Shown here: piece by piece, positions 24,701-35,532 of the stretch
How the letters are laid out: each line of letters begins with the position of its first letter
Position numbering within the stretch: the stretch's first letter is position 1
The notes under the pieces: model-generated
Seen by the model: only the letters and a program-made list of their open reading frames with translations
Told to the model about the DNA's origin: nothing
The model's database searches: none
Program-made: the position numbers and the translations under genes
DNA from: Anaeramoeba ignava BMAN
Taxonomy: Eukaryota > Protista > Anaeramoebae
Reading direction: 5' to 3'
NCBI GenBank assembly: GCA_028826165.1
Contig: JAPDFW010000068.1
Location: 1 to 64,000 of the forward strand
DNA length: 64,000 nucleotides

Positions 24701-27700
24701 AATTCAAAAAAAAAAAAAAAAAAGGGATTTTTTTGATCAAATTAAAGGTGTATTCAATCTACAACAAATTACATCTGAAATGAAAAAATTAAAAAGAAGA
24801 GATATTGCATTATTACTTTTGCCAGCAATTATAGAAAAGAGCAAAATCCAAATAACGAAAAAATTACCGAAATTACTTAATTTAGCATTTCTTTATATTG
24901 ATTCGAAAAATCCAGTTATATTTGAGAATTCCAAATCAATTCTTATTCGATTATTGCATCTTTTTATATCAAACGAGTCTTCAAGTAAATTTGTGAAAAA
25001 ATATATATCAGATCTTTCCAAAATTGGGGAACCTTTATTCAAATATCCGAAAAAAAACAAAACAATCTTCCCAAGTGAAGAAGGAATGGAATATATCAAT
25101 GAAACATACAAGATATTCAGTCTAGTTGACGAGAATTTGCGAGAGGAATGGCTAAATGAATCATGGAAATGGATAGTTGAGTTGAATAACAATGGGACAA
25201 AGAAGCAGAATCTTCATAGTTTTGGGATCTTTTCCAAATCACACTATATATTCCGTGTTCTTGCTGATCAATCTTCATTGAACAGAAGCATAAAACAGTT
25301 TTCGAAACCACTTTTGAAGGTTCTTGAGATATTAACTAATGATCAAAAAGTACTATCATTAGGAATCCATTTATGTTTAACTCCCTTAATTCAAACGTTA
25401 TCTTTCATCATCACAAAGGTTCAAATCCCAAAAGAGATATTCCCATCCATAATAGCTTTTTCGACTTTATTATTCCGTTTGGAAAATGAAAGCTTGATTC
25501 TTGTTTTGTTGAATCTTATGGATGCTTGTGTTTTTTACATGGCAGACAACCCAGCAATTATTGATTCTCTTGGAGAATACAGGAAATATATCGGTATGAT
25601 TCCGTTAAAAATACTTTATGGGCTCAAATATCCTCATACAACAGAGACCACTTTCTCAATTCTCAAAAATATTGTGACTTCAAAGATTTTTGGCTATTTG
25701 AATAGCCAAGAAAAAAATGCATATTTTCTTTCTTGTCTTCTCGGATTATTTCCGTTTATTTGCAAAAATGTGAAGCAAAGAAACCCTGATGGAATCACTT
25801 CGGAAATCATCAATTTGGCTGAAAATATTGGCCAAAATGATGTCAAAAATGAAGTTGAAAACTATTTGCAAAATGTCCATCAACGACCAGAAAATTTATA
25901 TCAATCTTTAAGCGATAAATTAACTCCCGTTCTTTCTCATCAAAATTATATTGATATTCTTGTCTCAATCATAAATTCATCACTTACAATACAAGAACAA
26001 TATCAAGAGCAGACTTTGCAGATCATGACCCACTTCATTGGAGATCTTGATATTTTTGTGAATGTCCCATCTTTTGATATTGGAATTTTCAACCAATTAG
26101 TTTTTCAAATAATCCAAATCTTGCAAACACTTCCAATTTCCTTATAAGAAAATTACTCGATCAAGACCAAAAAATTGATTTTATGGAAAATGTTGAATTT
26201 CATCCAAAAAAAGTTCCTGAACCTCAAGTTGTTTATCGTCAAACTCTCGAAGATATCCAAAAACTTTTCCAAAACAACAAACAGATTGATTTTGTTTTGA
26301 AAATAGATCAGATTCAAAAAGAAAAAAGAATAAAAAGTAAAGATGACAATCAAATTAAACTGAAAAGTAAAAGCAAAAGCAAAAGCAAAAGCACAAGTGA
26401 AAGTGAAAGTGATGAAAAAACAAAAGAAAAAGAAAAAACAAAAGAAAAAGAAAAAACAAAAGAAAAAGAAACAAGCAAAATCAAAAGTACAAGTAAAAGT
26501 ACAAGTAAAAGTATAAGCAAAAGTACAAGTAAAAGTAAAAGTAAAAGTAAAAGTAAAAGTAAAAGTAAAAGTAAAAGTAAAAGTAAAAGTAAAAGTACAA
26601 GTAAAAGTAAAATAAAAGTACAAGTAAAAGTACAAGTAAAAGTACAAGTAGTAAAAGTATAAGTAAAAGTAGAAGCACAAGTAAAAGTAAAAGTAAAAGT
26701 AAAAGTAAAAGTAAAAGTAAAAGTACAAAAAAAAATACAAATAAAAATACAAAAAAAAATTACAAATAAAAAAAATTACAAATAAGTAAAAAGTAAAAGT
26801 AAAGTAAAAAAGCTAAAAAGAAAGTAAAATAAAAGTATAAACAAAAGTGCAAAATAAAGTAAAAAGTAAAAAAAGTACAAATAAAAAGTACAAATAAAAA
26901 AAAAAAGTAAAGTAAAAGTAAAATTAAAAGTAAAATAAAAGTAAAAGTAAATAAAGTAAAAGTAAAAAAAAAAAGTAAAAAGTAAAAGTAAAAGTAAAAA
27001 TAAAAGTAAAAGTAAAGGCGCTAAAAAGTAAAAGTAAAAATTAAAAGTAAAAGTAAAAAAGTAAAAAAAAAGATAAAAAAAAGTAAACTAAAAAGTTGAA
27101 AAAAAAAAAAAAAAGTGTAAAAGTACAAGTAAAAGTGAAAGTAAAAGTAAAAGTAAAAGTAAAAGTAAAAGTAAAAGTAAAAGTAAAAGTGAAAGTGAAA
27201 AAGATAAAAAAATAATTGAAACTAAAACAGTTGAAAAAGAAGATAAACAAGAAATAATTGATAAAGTTGAAAAAGTTGAAAAAGATGAAATAAATAAACA
27301 AGAAATAATTGATAAAGTTGAAAAAGATGAAATAAATAAACAAGAAATAATTGATAAAGTTGAAAAAGATGAAATAAATAAACAAGAAATAATTGATAAA
27401 GTTGAAAAAGATGAAAAAGATAAAAAAGAAATAATTGATAAAGTTGAAAAAGAAAAAATTAAAAGTAAAAGTAAAAGTAAAAGTACAAGTAAAAGTAAAA
27501 GTAAAAGTAAAAGTAAAAGTAAAAGTAAAAGTACAAGTAAAAGTAAAAGTAAAAGTAAAGCACAAGTAAAAGTAAAAGTGAGAGAAGTGAAAAAAAAAAG
27601 TGCAAGAAATAATTGATAAAGTTGAAAAAGATAAAATAAAAAAAAAAAAAAAATAACTGATAAAGTTGAAAAAGAAATAATTGATAAAGCTGAAAAAGAT

Positions 27701-29499
27701 GAAATAAATAAACAAGAAATAATTGATAAAGTTGAAAAAGTTGAAAAAGATGAAAAAAAGAAAAATTGATAAAGTTGAAAAAGAAAAAAGAAATTAAAAG
27801 TAAAAGTAAAATAAAAGTAAAAAAACAAAGTGAAAAAAGTAAAAAAAAAAGTTAAGTAAAAGTAAAGTTGAAAAGTAAAAGTAAAAGTAAAAGTAAAAAT
27901 AAAAGTAAAAAAAAGATAAAAGTAAAAAGATAAAAAAAAGTGAAATAAAAAAGTTGAAAAAGAAAAAGTGCAAATAATTAAAAAAAGATGAAAAAATGAA
28001 AAAAAAAAAAAAAGTGAAAAATTGAAAAAGTAAAAAAAAAAAAGAAAAGAAAAAAAAAGTAAAAAAAAAATAAATTAAAAAAAAAAAAAAAAAAAAAGTA
28101 AAAGTAAAAATTAAAAGTGAAAAAAAAGTAAAAATAAACGTAAAAGTAAAAGTGAAAGTGAAAAAAAGATAAAACAAAGAAATAATTGATAAATAAAGTT
28201 GAAAAAGACGAAAAATAAATAAACAAAAAAAATTGAATTGAAAAAAATTGAATTGATAAAGTTAAAAAAGATGAAATAAATAAACAAGAAATAATTGATA
28301 AAGTTGAAAAAGTTGAAAAAGATGAAAAAGAAATAATTGATAAAGTTGAAAAAGAAAAAATTAAAAGTAAAAGTAAAAGTAAAAGTAAAAGTACAAGTAA
28401 AAGTAAAAGTAAAAGTAAAAGTGAAAGTGAAAAAGTACAAATAAATAAAAGCGAAAAAGTAAAAAAGTAAAAGTAAAAGTAAAAGTAAAAAAGTGAAAGT
28501 GAAAAAAAGATAAAAATAATTGAAACTAAAACAGTTGAAAAAGAAGATAAACAAGAAATAATTGAAAAAGATGAAAAAGATGAAAAAGATAAACAAGAAA
28601 TAATTGATAAAGTTGAAAAAGATGAAATAAATAAACAAGAAATAATTGATAAAGATGAAAAAGATGAAATAAATAAACAAGAAATAATTGATAAAGTTGA
28701 AAAAGTTGAAAAAGATGAAAAAGAAATAATTGATAAAGTTGAAAAAGAAAAAAGTAAAAGTAAAAGTAAAAGTAAAAGTAAAAGTAAAAGCAAAAGCAAA
28801 AGCAAAAGTAAAAGTAAAAGTACAAGTAAAAGTACAAGTAAAAGTAAAAGTAAAAGTAAAAGTGAGAGTGAAAAAGATAAAAAAATAATTGAAACTAAAA
28901 CAGTTGAAAAAGTTGAAATAATTGAAAAAGATGAAAAAGATGAAAAAGATGAAAAAGATAAACAAGAAATAATTGATAAAGTTGATAAAGATGAAAAAGA
29001 TAAACAAGAAATAATTGATAAAGATGAAAAAGATGAAATAAATAAACAAGAAATAATTGATAAAGATGAAAAAGATGAAAAAGTTGATAAAGTTGAAAAA
29101 GAAAAAAGTAAAAGTAAAAGCAAAAGTAAAAGTAAAAGTAAAAGTAAAAGTAAAAGTAAAAGTAAAAGTAAAAGTAAAAGTAAAAGTAAAAGTAAAAGTA
29201 AAAGTAAAAGTAAAAGTAGAAGCACAAGTAAAAGCACAAGCAGAAGCACAAGTAGAAGTACAAGTACAAGTAGAAGTACAAGCACAAGTAGAAGTACAAG
29301 CACAAGTAGAAGTACAAGTACAAGTAAAAGCAGAAGCAGAAGCACAAGTAGAAGTACAAGCACAAGTAAAAGTAAAAGCACAAGTAAAAGTAAAAGTAAA
29401 AGTAAAAGTAAAAGTAAAAGTAAAAGTAAAAGTAAAAGTGAAGATGAAATAAATCAAGCTAAAGGGGAATCATCTAAAACAGTTACAGAAAGTGATTAG
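18703..29499 (+). CDS. Furry/MOR2/TAO3-like HEAT-repeat cell morphogenesis protein with a low-complexity charged tail
   Basis: Multi-exon gene. Segments AILIGLCFPNSEFR, YEEISKLWSSL, LPKLLNLAFLYIDSKNPVIFENSKSILIRLLH and LREEWLNESWKW..SKSHYIFRVL resemble MOR2-PAG1 family blocks. One apparent frameshift near 26100 and several in the repeat tail; terminal TAG at 29497-29499. Confidence 0.7.
19129..20566 (+). repeat. Intron filled with the 11-mer satellite ATCAATTTTA(A/T)
   Basis: GT at 19129, AG ending at 20566, with tandem copies between. Confidence 0.9.
26360..29450 (+). repeat. Composite coding repeat: (AGTAAA)n Ser-Lys blocks alternating with EIIDKVEKDE-type blocks
   Basis: A higher-order unit recurs about three times; the parts at about 26700-27120 and 27590-28260 are degraded. 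Confidence 0.85.
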
Positions 29500-29737
29500 A
29501 GAAATTCAGAAAAAAAATCAATTTCTAAAAGTTTTTTAATCAAAAAAAAAAATTGGAATAAGAAAAAGCAAAATTTTTATTCCAAAAGAAAAAAATTTTT
29601 TTTCTTCTTCTTTTCTTCTTTTCTTTTTTTCTTTTTAATTCAATTCTGAAAAACCAACAAAAAAATTATTTTCATTTTTCATTTTTCATTTTTCATTTTT
29701 TATTTTTCATTTTTCATTTTTTATTTTAAAAATAAGG

Positions 29738-30835
29738 ATGAATGAAAAAAAAAAGAAACAAAAGATAAGACTTGAAAAAGAAAGAATAAAAATTGATAAT
29801 TATTTTACAGTTTTAGAAAATTATGATAATTTTCACAAATTTTTAAAAACTCAATCACAAGAAATTAAAAACAAAATCCAACTATTTGCAAAGAATTTTG
29901 ATCGAAATCAACAAAAACTAGAAAATATTCAAAAATATATAAACGAATTCACAACAAAAATTTCTGATGAATTTTTTGCATTTATTACACAAAAGAATTT
30001 AAAAAGAAAACTTTCCAAAACAAACAAAAAACAAATTACAGAAAATTTTCACATTTACATTTTAAAGAAGCTTTATAACAAAATATTTTTTTTGAATGGA
30101 GATGAAGATGTTTTTGCGGATCAAAAATTATTTCAACATTTGGAAAAATTTTCATTTATTCAATTCAAACACTTGCGAATTCCACACAAATTTTACAATC
30201 CAGAAAAAATAGAAAAATCAATGGATATTATTCAAGAGATAAATTTGTTTAAAACTCCAAATGAAAAAATGAGGATCGTCTCAGAATTTGTTCAAAATAT
30301 CAAATCAATTCTTCAAGAAAACGATCCTCATTTAAATTATTTTTTCCCTTTGATATCCTATATTGTTTTACATGCAAATATTCCAAATTTCAAATCAAAT
30401 ATTCAATTTATCCAAAGATTTTCAGATCAAGAAATACTCACAAAAAATCAAAAAGGAATCCACTTTTCTTATGTTGTTTCTACTGTGGATTTTTTGGAAA
30501 ATTTGGCTTCTTCTGATTTAGATATCGATCCAAAAGTTTTCAATTATTTGGTCTATGGGAATAAACCAAAAAACTCACAAATTCAAAAAGAACCAAAAAA
30601 GAAGTCTTCTGAAACAAACAGCATTGAAAATGAAGAAGTGAAAAATGTAAAAAATTCTGAAACAAATTCAAATGATCAAAATTTAATCAAATTCCATTTT
30701 TTAAATGCAAATTTGGAAGATTTGCTTGTATCTCAAGTTCAAGTTTTATTTCTTGAATATAAACAACTTATTCAAGAAAATATAAACTTGAGAAAAAAGT
30801 TATCTGAAGAATTTAAAGAAAAAAATTCAAATTAA
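29738..30835 (+). CDS. VPS9-domain protein (Rabex5/VPS9a-like) with degenerate catalytic motifs
   Basis: EINLFKTPNEKM, FFPLISYIVLHANIPNFKSNIQFIQRF and C-terminal FLNANLEDLLVSQVQVLFLEYKQL. Confidence 0.88.
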   Translation: MNEKKKKQKIRLEKERIKIDNYFTVLENYDNFHKFLKTQSQEIKNKIQLFAKNFDRNQQKLENIQKYINEFTTKISDEFFAFITQKNLKRKLSKTNKKQITENFHIYILKKLYNKIFFLNGDEDVFADQKLFQHLEKFSFIQFKHLRIPHKFYNPEKIEKSMDIIQEINLFKTPNEKMRIVSEFVQNIKSILQENDPHLNYFFPLISYIVLHANIPNFKSNIQFIQRFSDQEILTKNQKGIHFSYVVSTVDFLENLASSDLDIDPKVFNYLVYGNKPKNSQIQKEPKKKSSETNSIENEEVKNVKNSETNSNDQNLIKFHFLNANLEDLLVSQVQVLFLEYKQLIQENINLRKKLSEEFKEKNSN

Positions 30836-30945
30836 TTTTTTATTCATTTCATATTCATTTTTTTTGTAGAATTTAGAAGTATTTTTTAACTAATAAATAA
30901 TTTTTTTTCATTTTTTTCATTTTTTTCATTTTTTTTCTTTATAAA

Positions 30946-32697
30946 ATGAATGAAATTTTATTTTTTGGAAGAAATGAAATGCCAAAACTTATCAAAAATA
31001 AACCAGATAAAATAAAAAAACTAATTCAATTCAAATTTCAAAATGAAAATGAAAAACAAATTAAACAAATTTCATCAGGTTATTTTTCAACAATTTTCCT
31101 TTTTGAAAATGGAAAAGCAATAGAATATTTAAATCGATATACAAATCAAAAACCTGAAAAAATCCAAATTGAAGAAAATATTCAAAAAGTAACTGTTGGT
31201 TCCTCTAATGAAGCTATTTTAACAATAGAAGGAAATGTATTTGCCAAAGGAAGTGATATTAATCCAAAAAATTTATATCAATTTATCAATATTTCATCAT
31301 TAATTGAAGATACAAATGATAAAATAATTCAAGATATTGTTTCTGGAAGAGAATCAGTTTATTTATTAACTTCAAATCAAAATGCTTATGGAATTGGTGA
31401 TAATCAATTTGGTCAACTTGGTTTAGATTCTCAAACACTTAGAAAAACAGAAAAACCAATTTTAATGATGAAAAATGTTTCTAAAATATTTTCAGGAAAT
31501 TCTTCATATTCTGTTTTTCTTTTAAATTCAAATCAAGAATTGTTTGCATGTGGCGATAATTTTAATGGGAAATTTGGATTAGGAGAATCAATGAATGAAA
31601 CAATCCAAAAATTAACCAAAATCCAAAATATTCCAAAAGGCAAAATAATTGATATTCAATGTGGTTATTATTTTTCAATAATGTTGATTGAAAATGAAAA
31701 TGAAAATCCAAAAAGAAAACTTTATTCATGCGGATATTATCTATATAATGGACTTGGCCAAAATGGAAATACTTATGAATTTACTGAAATCAAATCATCT
31801 TTATTTGAAAATGATAATATTCTTGATTTTTCTGTTGGAAATGCACATACTTTGATTTTAACATCCAATTCAAAATTAATTGGATTTGGAGATAATTATT
31901 ATGCACAATTAACAACTAAAAATACAGAACCTCAATTAAATCCAATTCAAATTGAACTTCCTGAATTAAGATTTAATGAAAATATTTCCAATTATCATGT
32001 TCTTTGTAGAAATGAAAAATCACTTCTTTATTATTCTCCCTTTCTTTCTTCTTTTTCCAATCTTGAAGAAGATTTGATAAAATTATTTAGAAGAAAAGAA
32101 TTTTGTGATATTTCATTTAAAACAGAAAATGGAGAAATAATTGAAGCTCATAAATTAATATTGAAATATAGATTAAATCAAAATCAAAATCAAGTTGAAA
32201 AACTTCAAGAAATTATTTCAAAAAAATCAATTAAAGAATCAAATCAAATATTTGAAATGATTTATTCAAATAATTCCAAAATAAATCCAAAATTATATTC
32301 TGAAATTAAAGAAATTATAAATTCAAATGAAAAAATTGAAGAAACAATGAAAAGAATTTATTTAAATGAAAATGAAAATGAAAATGAAAAAGATTTTATA
32401 ATTGAAAGAAAAGAAAATAAATATAAATTTCCAAAATTAATATTAATAATGAGAAGTGAATTATATCGAGGAATGTTTTTATCTGTAACAGAAGATAAAT
32501 CTAATAAAGTTACAGATTATAGTGAATTAAATAATAAATCATTTCAAATATTTGAATATTGGATTTATTCAAATCAAATTAAAGATGAAATTGAAATTAC
32601 TCAAGAAATAATTGATGAACTTAAAATTGGAATTGATTATTTTCAATTAAATCAAACAAATCCAAATTTATTTGATTTATTAATTAAACAAATTTAA
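30946..32697 (+). CDS. RCC1-repeat - BTB protein, tandem copy 1
   Basis: RCC1 repeats (GIGDNQFGQLG, SVGNAHTLILT..GFGDN) followed by BTB-like FCDISF..AHKLIL and a second BTB-like block (KLILIMRSELYRGMF..WIYS). Intronless. Confidence 0.9.
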   Translation: MNEILFFGRNEMPKLIKNKPDKIKKLIQFKFQNENEKQIKQISSGYFSTIFLFENGKAIEYLNRYTNQKPEKIQIEENIQKVTVGSSNEAILTIEGNVFAKGSDINPKNLYQFINISSLIEDTNDKIIQDIVSGRESVYLLTSNQNAYGIGDNQFGQLGLDSQTLRKTEKPILMMKNVSKIFSGNSSYSVFLLNSNQELFACGDNFNGKFGLGESMNETIQKLTKIQNIPKGKIIDIQCGYYFSIMLIENENENPKRKLYSCGYYLYNGLGQNGNTYEFTEIKSSLFENDNILDFSVGNAHTLILTSNSKLIGFGDNYYAQLTTKNTEPQLNPIQIELPELRFNENISNYHVLCRNEKSLLYYSPFLSSFSNLEEDLIKLFRRKEFCDISFKTENGEIIEAHKLILKYRLNQNQNQVEKLQEIISKKSIKESNQIFEMIYSNNSKINPKLYSEIKEIINSNEKIEETMKRIYLNENENENEKDFIIERKENKYKFPKLILIMRSELYRGMFLSVTEDKSNKVTDYSELNNKSFQIFEYWIYSNQIKDEIEITQEIIDELKIGIDYFQLNQTNPNLFDLLIKQI

Positions 32698-32714
32698 TAA
32701 TCAAAATCAACAAG

Positions 32715-32826
32715 GAAACAAAAAAGAAAACAAAAAAGAAAACAAAAAAGAAAACAAAAAAGAAAACAAAAAAGAAAACAAAAAAGAAAACAAAAAAGAA
32801 AACAAAAAAGAAAACAAAAAAGAAAA
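32715..32826. repeat. 12-mer tandem repeat AAAAAGAAAACA between the RCC1-BTB genes
   Basis: Direct inspection. Confidence 0.85.
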
Positions 32827-32899
32827 TTGTTTCATTTTTTAAAATTAAAATCAAAAAAATTCCAAAATTTCATTTTTTTCATTTTTTTTCTTTTCAAAA

Positions 32900-34705
32900 A
32901 TGAATGATTGTTTATTTTTTGGTCAAAATCAAAAACCAATTCTTATTAAAAATGAACCAGATAAAATAACAAAACCAATTCAATTTAAATTTGAAAATGA
33001 AAATCAAAATCAAATTGAAAATGAAAATCAAAATGAAAATGAAAAACAAATTAAACAAATTTCATCAAGTTTTTTTTCAACAATTTTCCTTTTTAAAAAT
33101 GGAAAAGCAATAGAATATCCAAATAGACGAAATTCAAATCAAAATCCTTCAAAAATCCAAATTGAAGAAAATATTCAAAAAGTAACTGTTGGTGTTCTTA
33201 ATGAAGTTATTTTAACAATAGAAGGAAATGTATTTGCCAAAGGAGAAGATATTACTCCAAAAAATACAAATCAATTTATCAATATTTCATCATTAATTGA
33301 AGATACAAATGATAGAATAATTCAAGATATTGTTTCTGGATTAAGTTCAGTTTATTTATTAACTTCAAATCAAAATGCTTATGGAATTGGTTCAAATGAA
33401 TATGGTAAACTTGGTTTTGATTCTAAAACACTTGAAAAAACAGAAAAACCAATTTTAATGATGAAAAATGTTTCTAAAATATTTTCAGGAAATTCTTCAT
33501 TTCATGTTTTTCTTTTAAATTCAAATCAAGAATTATTTGGATGCGGTAATAATTCTTATGCTCAACTTGGATTAGGAGAATCAACAAGAAAAGAAACAGA
33601 AATCAAAAAATTAACTCAAATACAAAATATTCCAAAAGGCAAAATAATTGATATTCAATGTGGAGTTGCTCATTCAATAATTTTGATTGAAAATGAAAAT
33701 GAAAATGAAAATCCAAAAAGAAAACTTTATTCATGTGGATATTATCTATATAATGGACTTGGCCAAAATGAAAATACTTATGAATTTACTGAAATCAAAT
33801 CATCTTTATTTGAAAATGATGATAATATTCTTGATTTTTCTGTTGGAAATGGGCATACTTTGATTTTAACATCTAATTCAAAATTAATTGGATTTGGAGA
33901 TAATGAACATGGTCAATTAGGAACTGGAGATACAGAACCTCAAATAATTCCTATTCAAATTGAACTTCCTAAATTAAGATTTAATGAAAATATTTCTAAT
34001 TATCATATTCTTTGTGGATATTACAAATCATTTATTTATTATTCTCCTTCTTTTTCCAATCTTGAAGAAGATTTGATAAAATTATTTGAAAGAAAAGAAT
34101 TTTGTGATATTTCATTTAAAACCGAAAATGGAGAAATAATCAAAGCTCATAAATTAATATTGAAATATAGATTAGATCAAAATCAAAATCAAATTGAAAA
34201 ACTTCAAGAAATTATTTCAAAAAAATCAATTAAAGAATCAAATCAAATATTTGAAATGATTTATTCAAACAGAATAATAAATCCAAAATTATATTCAGAA
34301 ATTAAAGAAATTATTAATTTAAATGAAAAAATTGAAGAAACAATGAAAAGAATTTATTTAAATGAAGATGAAAATGAAAATGAAAAAGATTTTATTATCG
34401 AAAGAAAAGAAAAACAATATAAATTTCCAAAATTAATATTAATAATGAGAAGTGAATTATATCGAGGAATGTTTTTATCTGTTACAAATGATACTTCTAA
34501 TAAAGTTACAGATTATAGTGAATTAAGTAATAAATCATTTCAAATATTTGAATATTGGATTTATTCAAATCAAATTAAAGATGAAATTCAAATTACTCAA
34601 GAAATAATTGATGAATTAGAAAGAGGAATTGATTATTTTCAATTAAATCAAACAAATCCAAATTTATTTGATTTATTAATTAAAAAATTTAATAATTATA
34701 ATTAA
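32900..34705 (+). CDS. RCC1-repeat - BTB protein, tandem copy 2
   Basis: Close paralogue of 30946-32697 with the same architecture. Confidence 0.9.
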   Translation: MNDCLFFGQNQKPILIKNEPDKITKPIQFKFENENQNQIENENQNENEKQIKQISSSFFSTIFLFKNGKAIEYPNRRNSNQNPSKIQIEENIQKVTVGVLNEVILTIEGNVFAKGEDITPKNTNQFINISSLIEDTNDRIIQDIVSGLSSVYLLTSNQNAYGIGSNEYGKLGFDSKTLEKTEKPILMMKNVSKIFSGNSSFHVFLLNSNQELFGCGNNSYAQLGLGESTRKETEIKKLTQIQNIPKGKIIDIQCGVAHSIILIENENENENPKRKLYSCGYYLYNGLGQNENTYEFTEIKSSLFENDDNILDFSVGNGHTLILTSNSKLIGFGDNEHGQLGTGDTEPQIIPIQIELPKLRFNENISNYHILCGYYKSFIYYSPSFSNLEEDLIKLFERKEFCDISFKTENGEIIKAHKLILKYRLDQNQNQIEKLQEIISKKSIKESNQIFEMIYSNRIINPKLYSEIKEIINLNEKIEETMKRIYLNEDENENEKDFIIERKEKQYKFPKLILIMRSELYRGMFLSVTNDTSNKVTDYSELSNKSFQIFEYWIYSNQIKDEIQITQEIIDELERGIDYFQLNQTNPNLFDLLIKKFNNYN

Positions 34706-34853
34706 AATTAAAATTAAAATTAAAATTAAAATCAAAATTAAAATCAAAATCAAAATTAAAAATGGAAAAGTTGATCAAAATTTCTTTATTTAAATTTAAA
34801 ATTAAAATTAAAATAAGAAATTTAAAAAGAAATTGAGATTGAAAGAGAAATAA

Positions 34854-35332
34854 TTATTTATCACTTCTCTCAAAAATCATTGTTATAACTGGACCTGTTT
34901 GTGTGTGTGCTTCATTATAAATTTTTAATTCAAATTTATATTCTTTCATCCATGAAATTAATCTTGAAGTAAAAGCGACCCAACCCAAGTATGATTTAAA
35001 ATTAAAATAAAATAAAATTTCAAAATTATCACACTAAAAGAGATTAAAAATTAAAATTAAAATTAAAATAAAATTTAAAATCAAAATTAAAATTAAAATT
35101 ACAATAACAGAATATCCATCAGTTCCTTTTTGAGTAATTTTTGCTTTATAATGTTCTACAAGATTTGATTTTAAATTCATAAGAAGTTCTTGCTAAAAAA
35201 AATTATTTTTGATTAATTTATTTTGCTTTTTTTTTTTTTTTTGCTTTTATTTTTTATTACATCAAGATCAGCATTCATTGTAAAAGACCAAAAACTATTC
35301 CAAAATTGTAAAGTTGCAACTGGAGAACCCAT
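34854..35332 (-). CDS. Small three-exon hypothetical protein (about 113 aa), absent from the ORF track
   Basis: MGSPVATLQFWNSFWSFTMNADLD / QELLMNLKSNLVEHYKAKITQKGTDGYSVI / CDNFE..LGWVAFTSRLISWMKEYKFELKIYNEAHTQTGPVITMIFERSDK-TAA, joined by phase-0 GT-AG introns. Confidence 0.7.
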
Positions 35333-35532
35333 TTTATTATTATTATTTTTATTATTATTTTTATTATTTTAAAAAAAAATTTTAAGAATAAAAAATAAAA
35401 AATGAAAAAAAAAAAGGAGAAAAAAAAAATTATAAAAAAAAAAAGAAAAAAATTTTTTTCATTTTTTTTTCCTTTTTACTTTTTACTTTTCATTTTTATT
35501 CTTTATAAATTTGTTTATTTGTAATTTTGTTA

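Noticed and set aside
26095-26185. Frameshift in the Furry-like gene
   Set aside because: One missing T in a T run restores the frame; no slippery-site structure is evident.
26153-29457. Long minus-strand ORFs rich in L, F, T and Y that look like membrane proteins
   Set aside because: They are antisense shadows of the (AGTAAA)n and acidic repeats on the plus strand.
34989-35030. Possible AT-AC (U12) intron in the small orphan gene
   Set aside because: No ATATCCT donor consensus, and the 45-nt segment reads through in frame.
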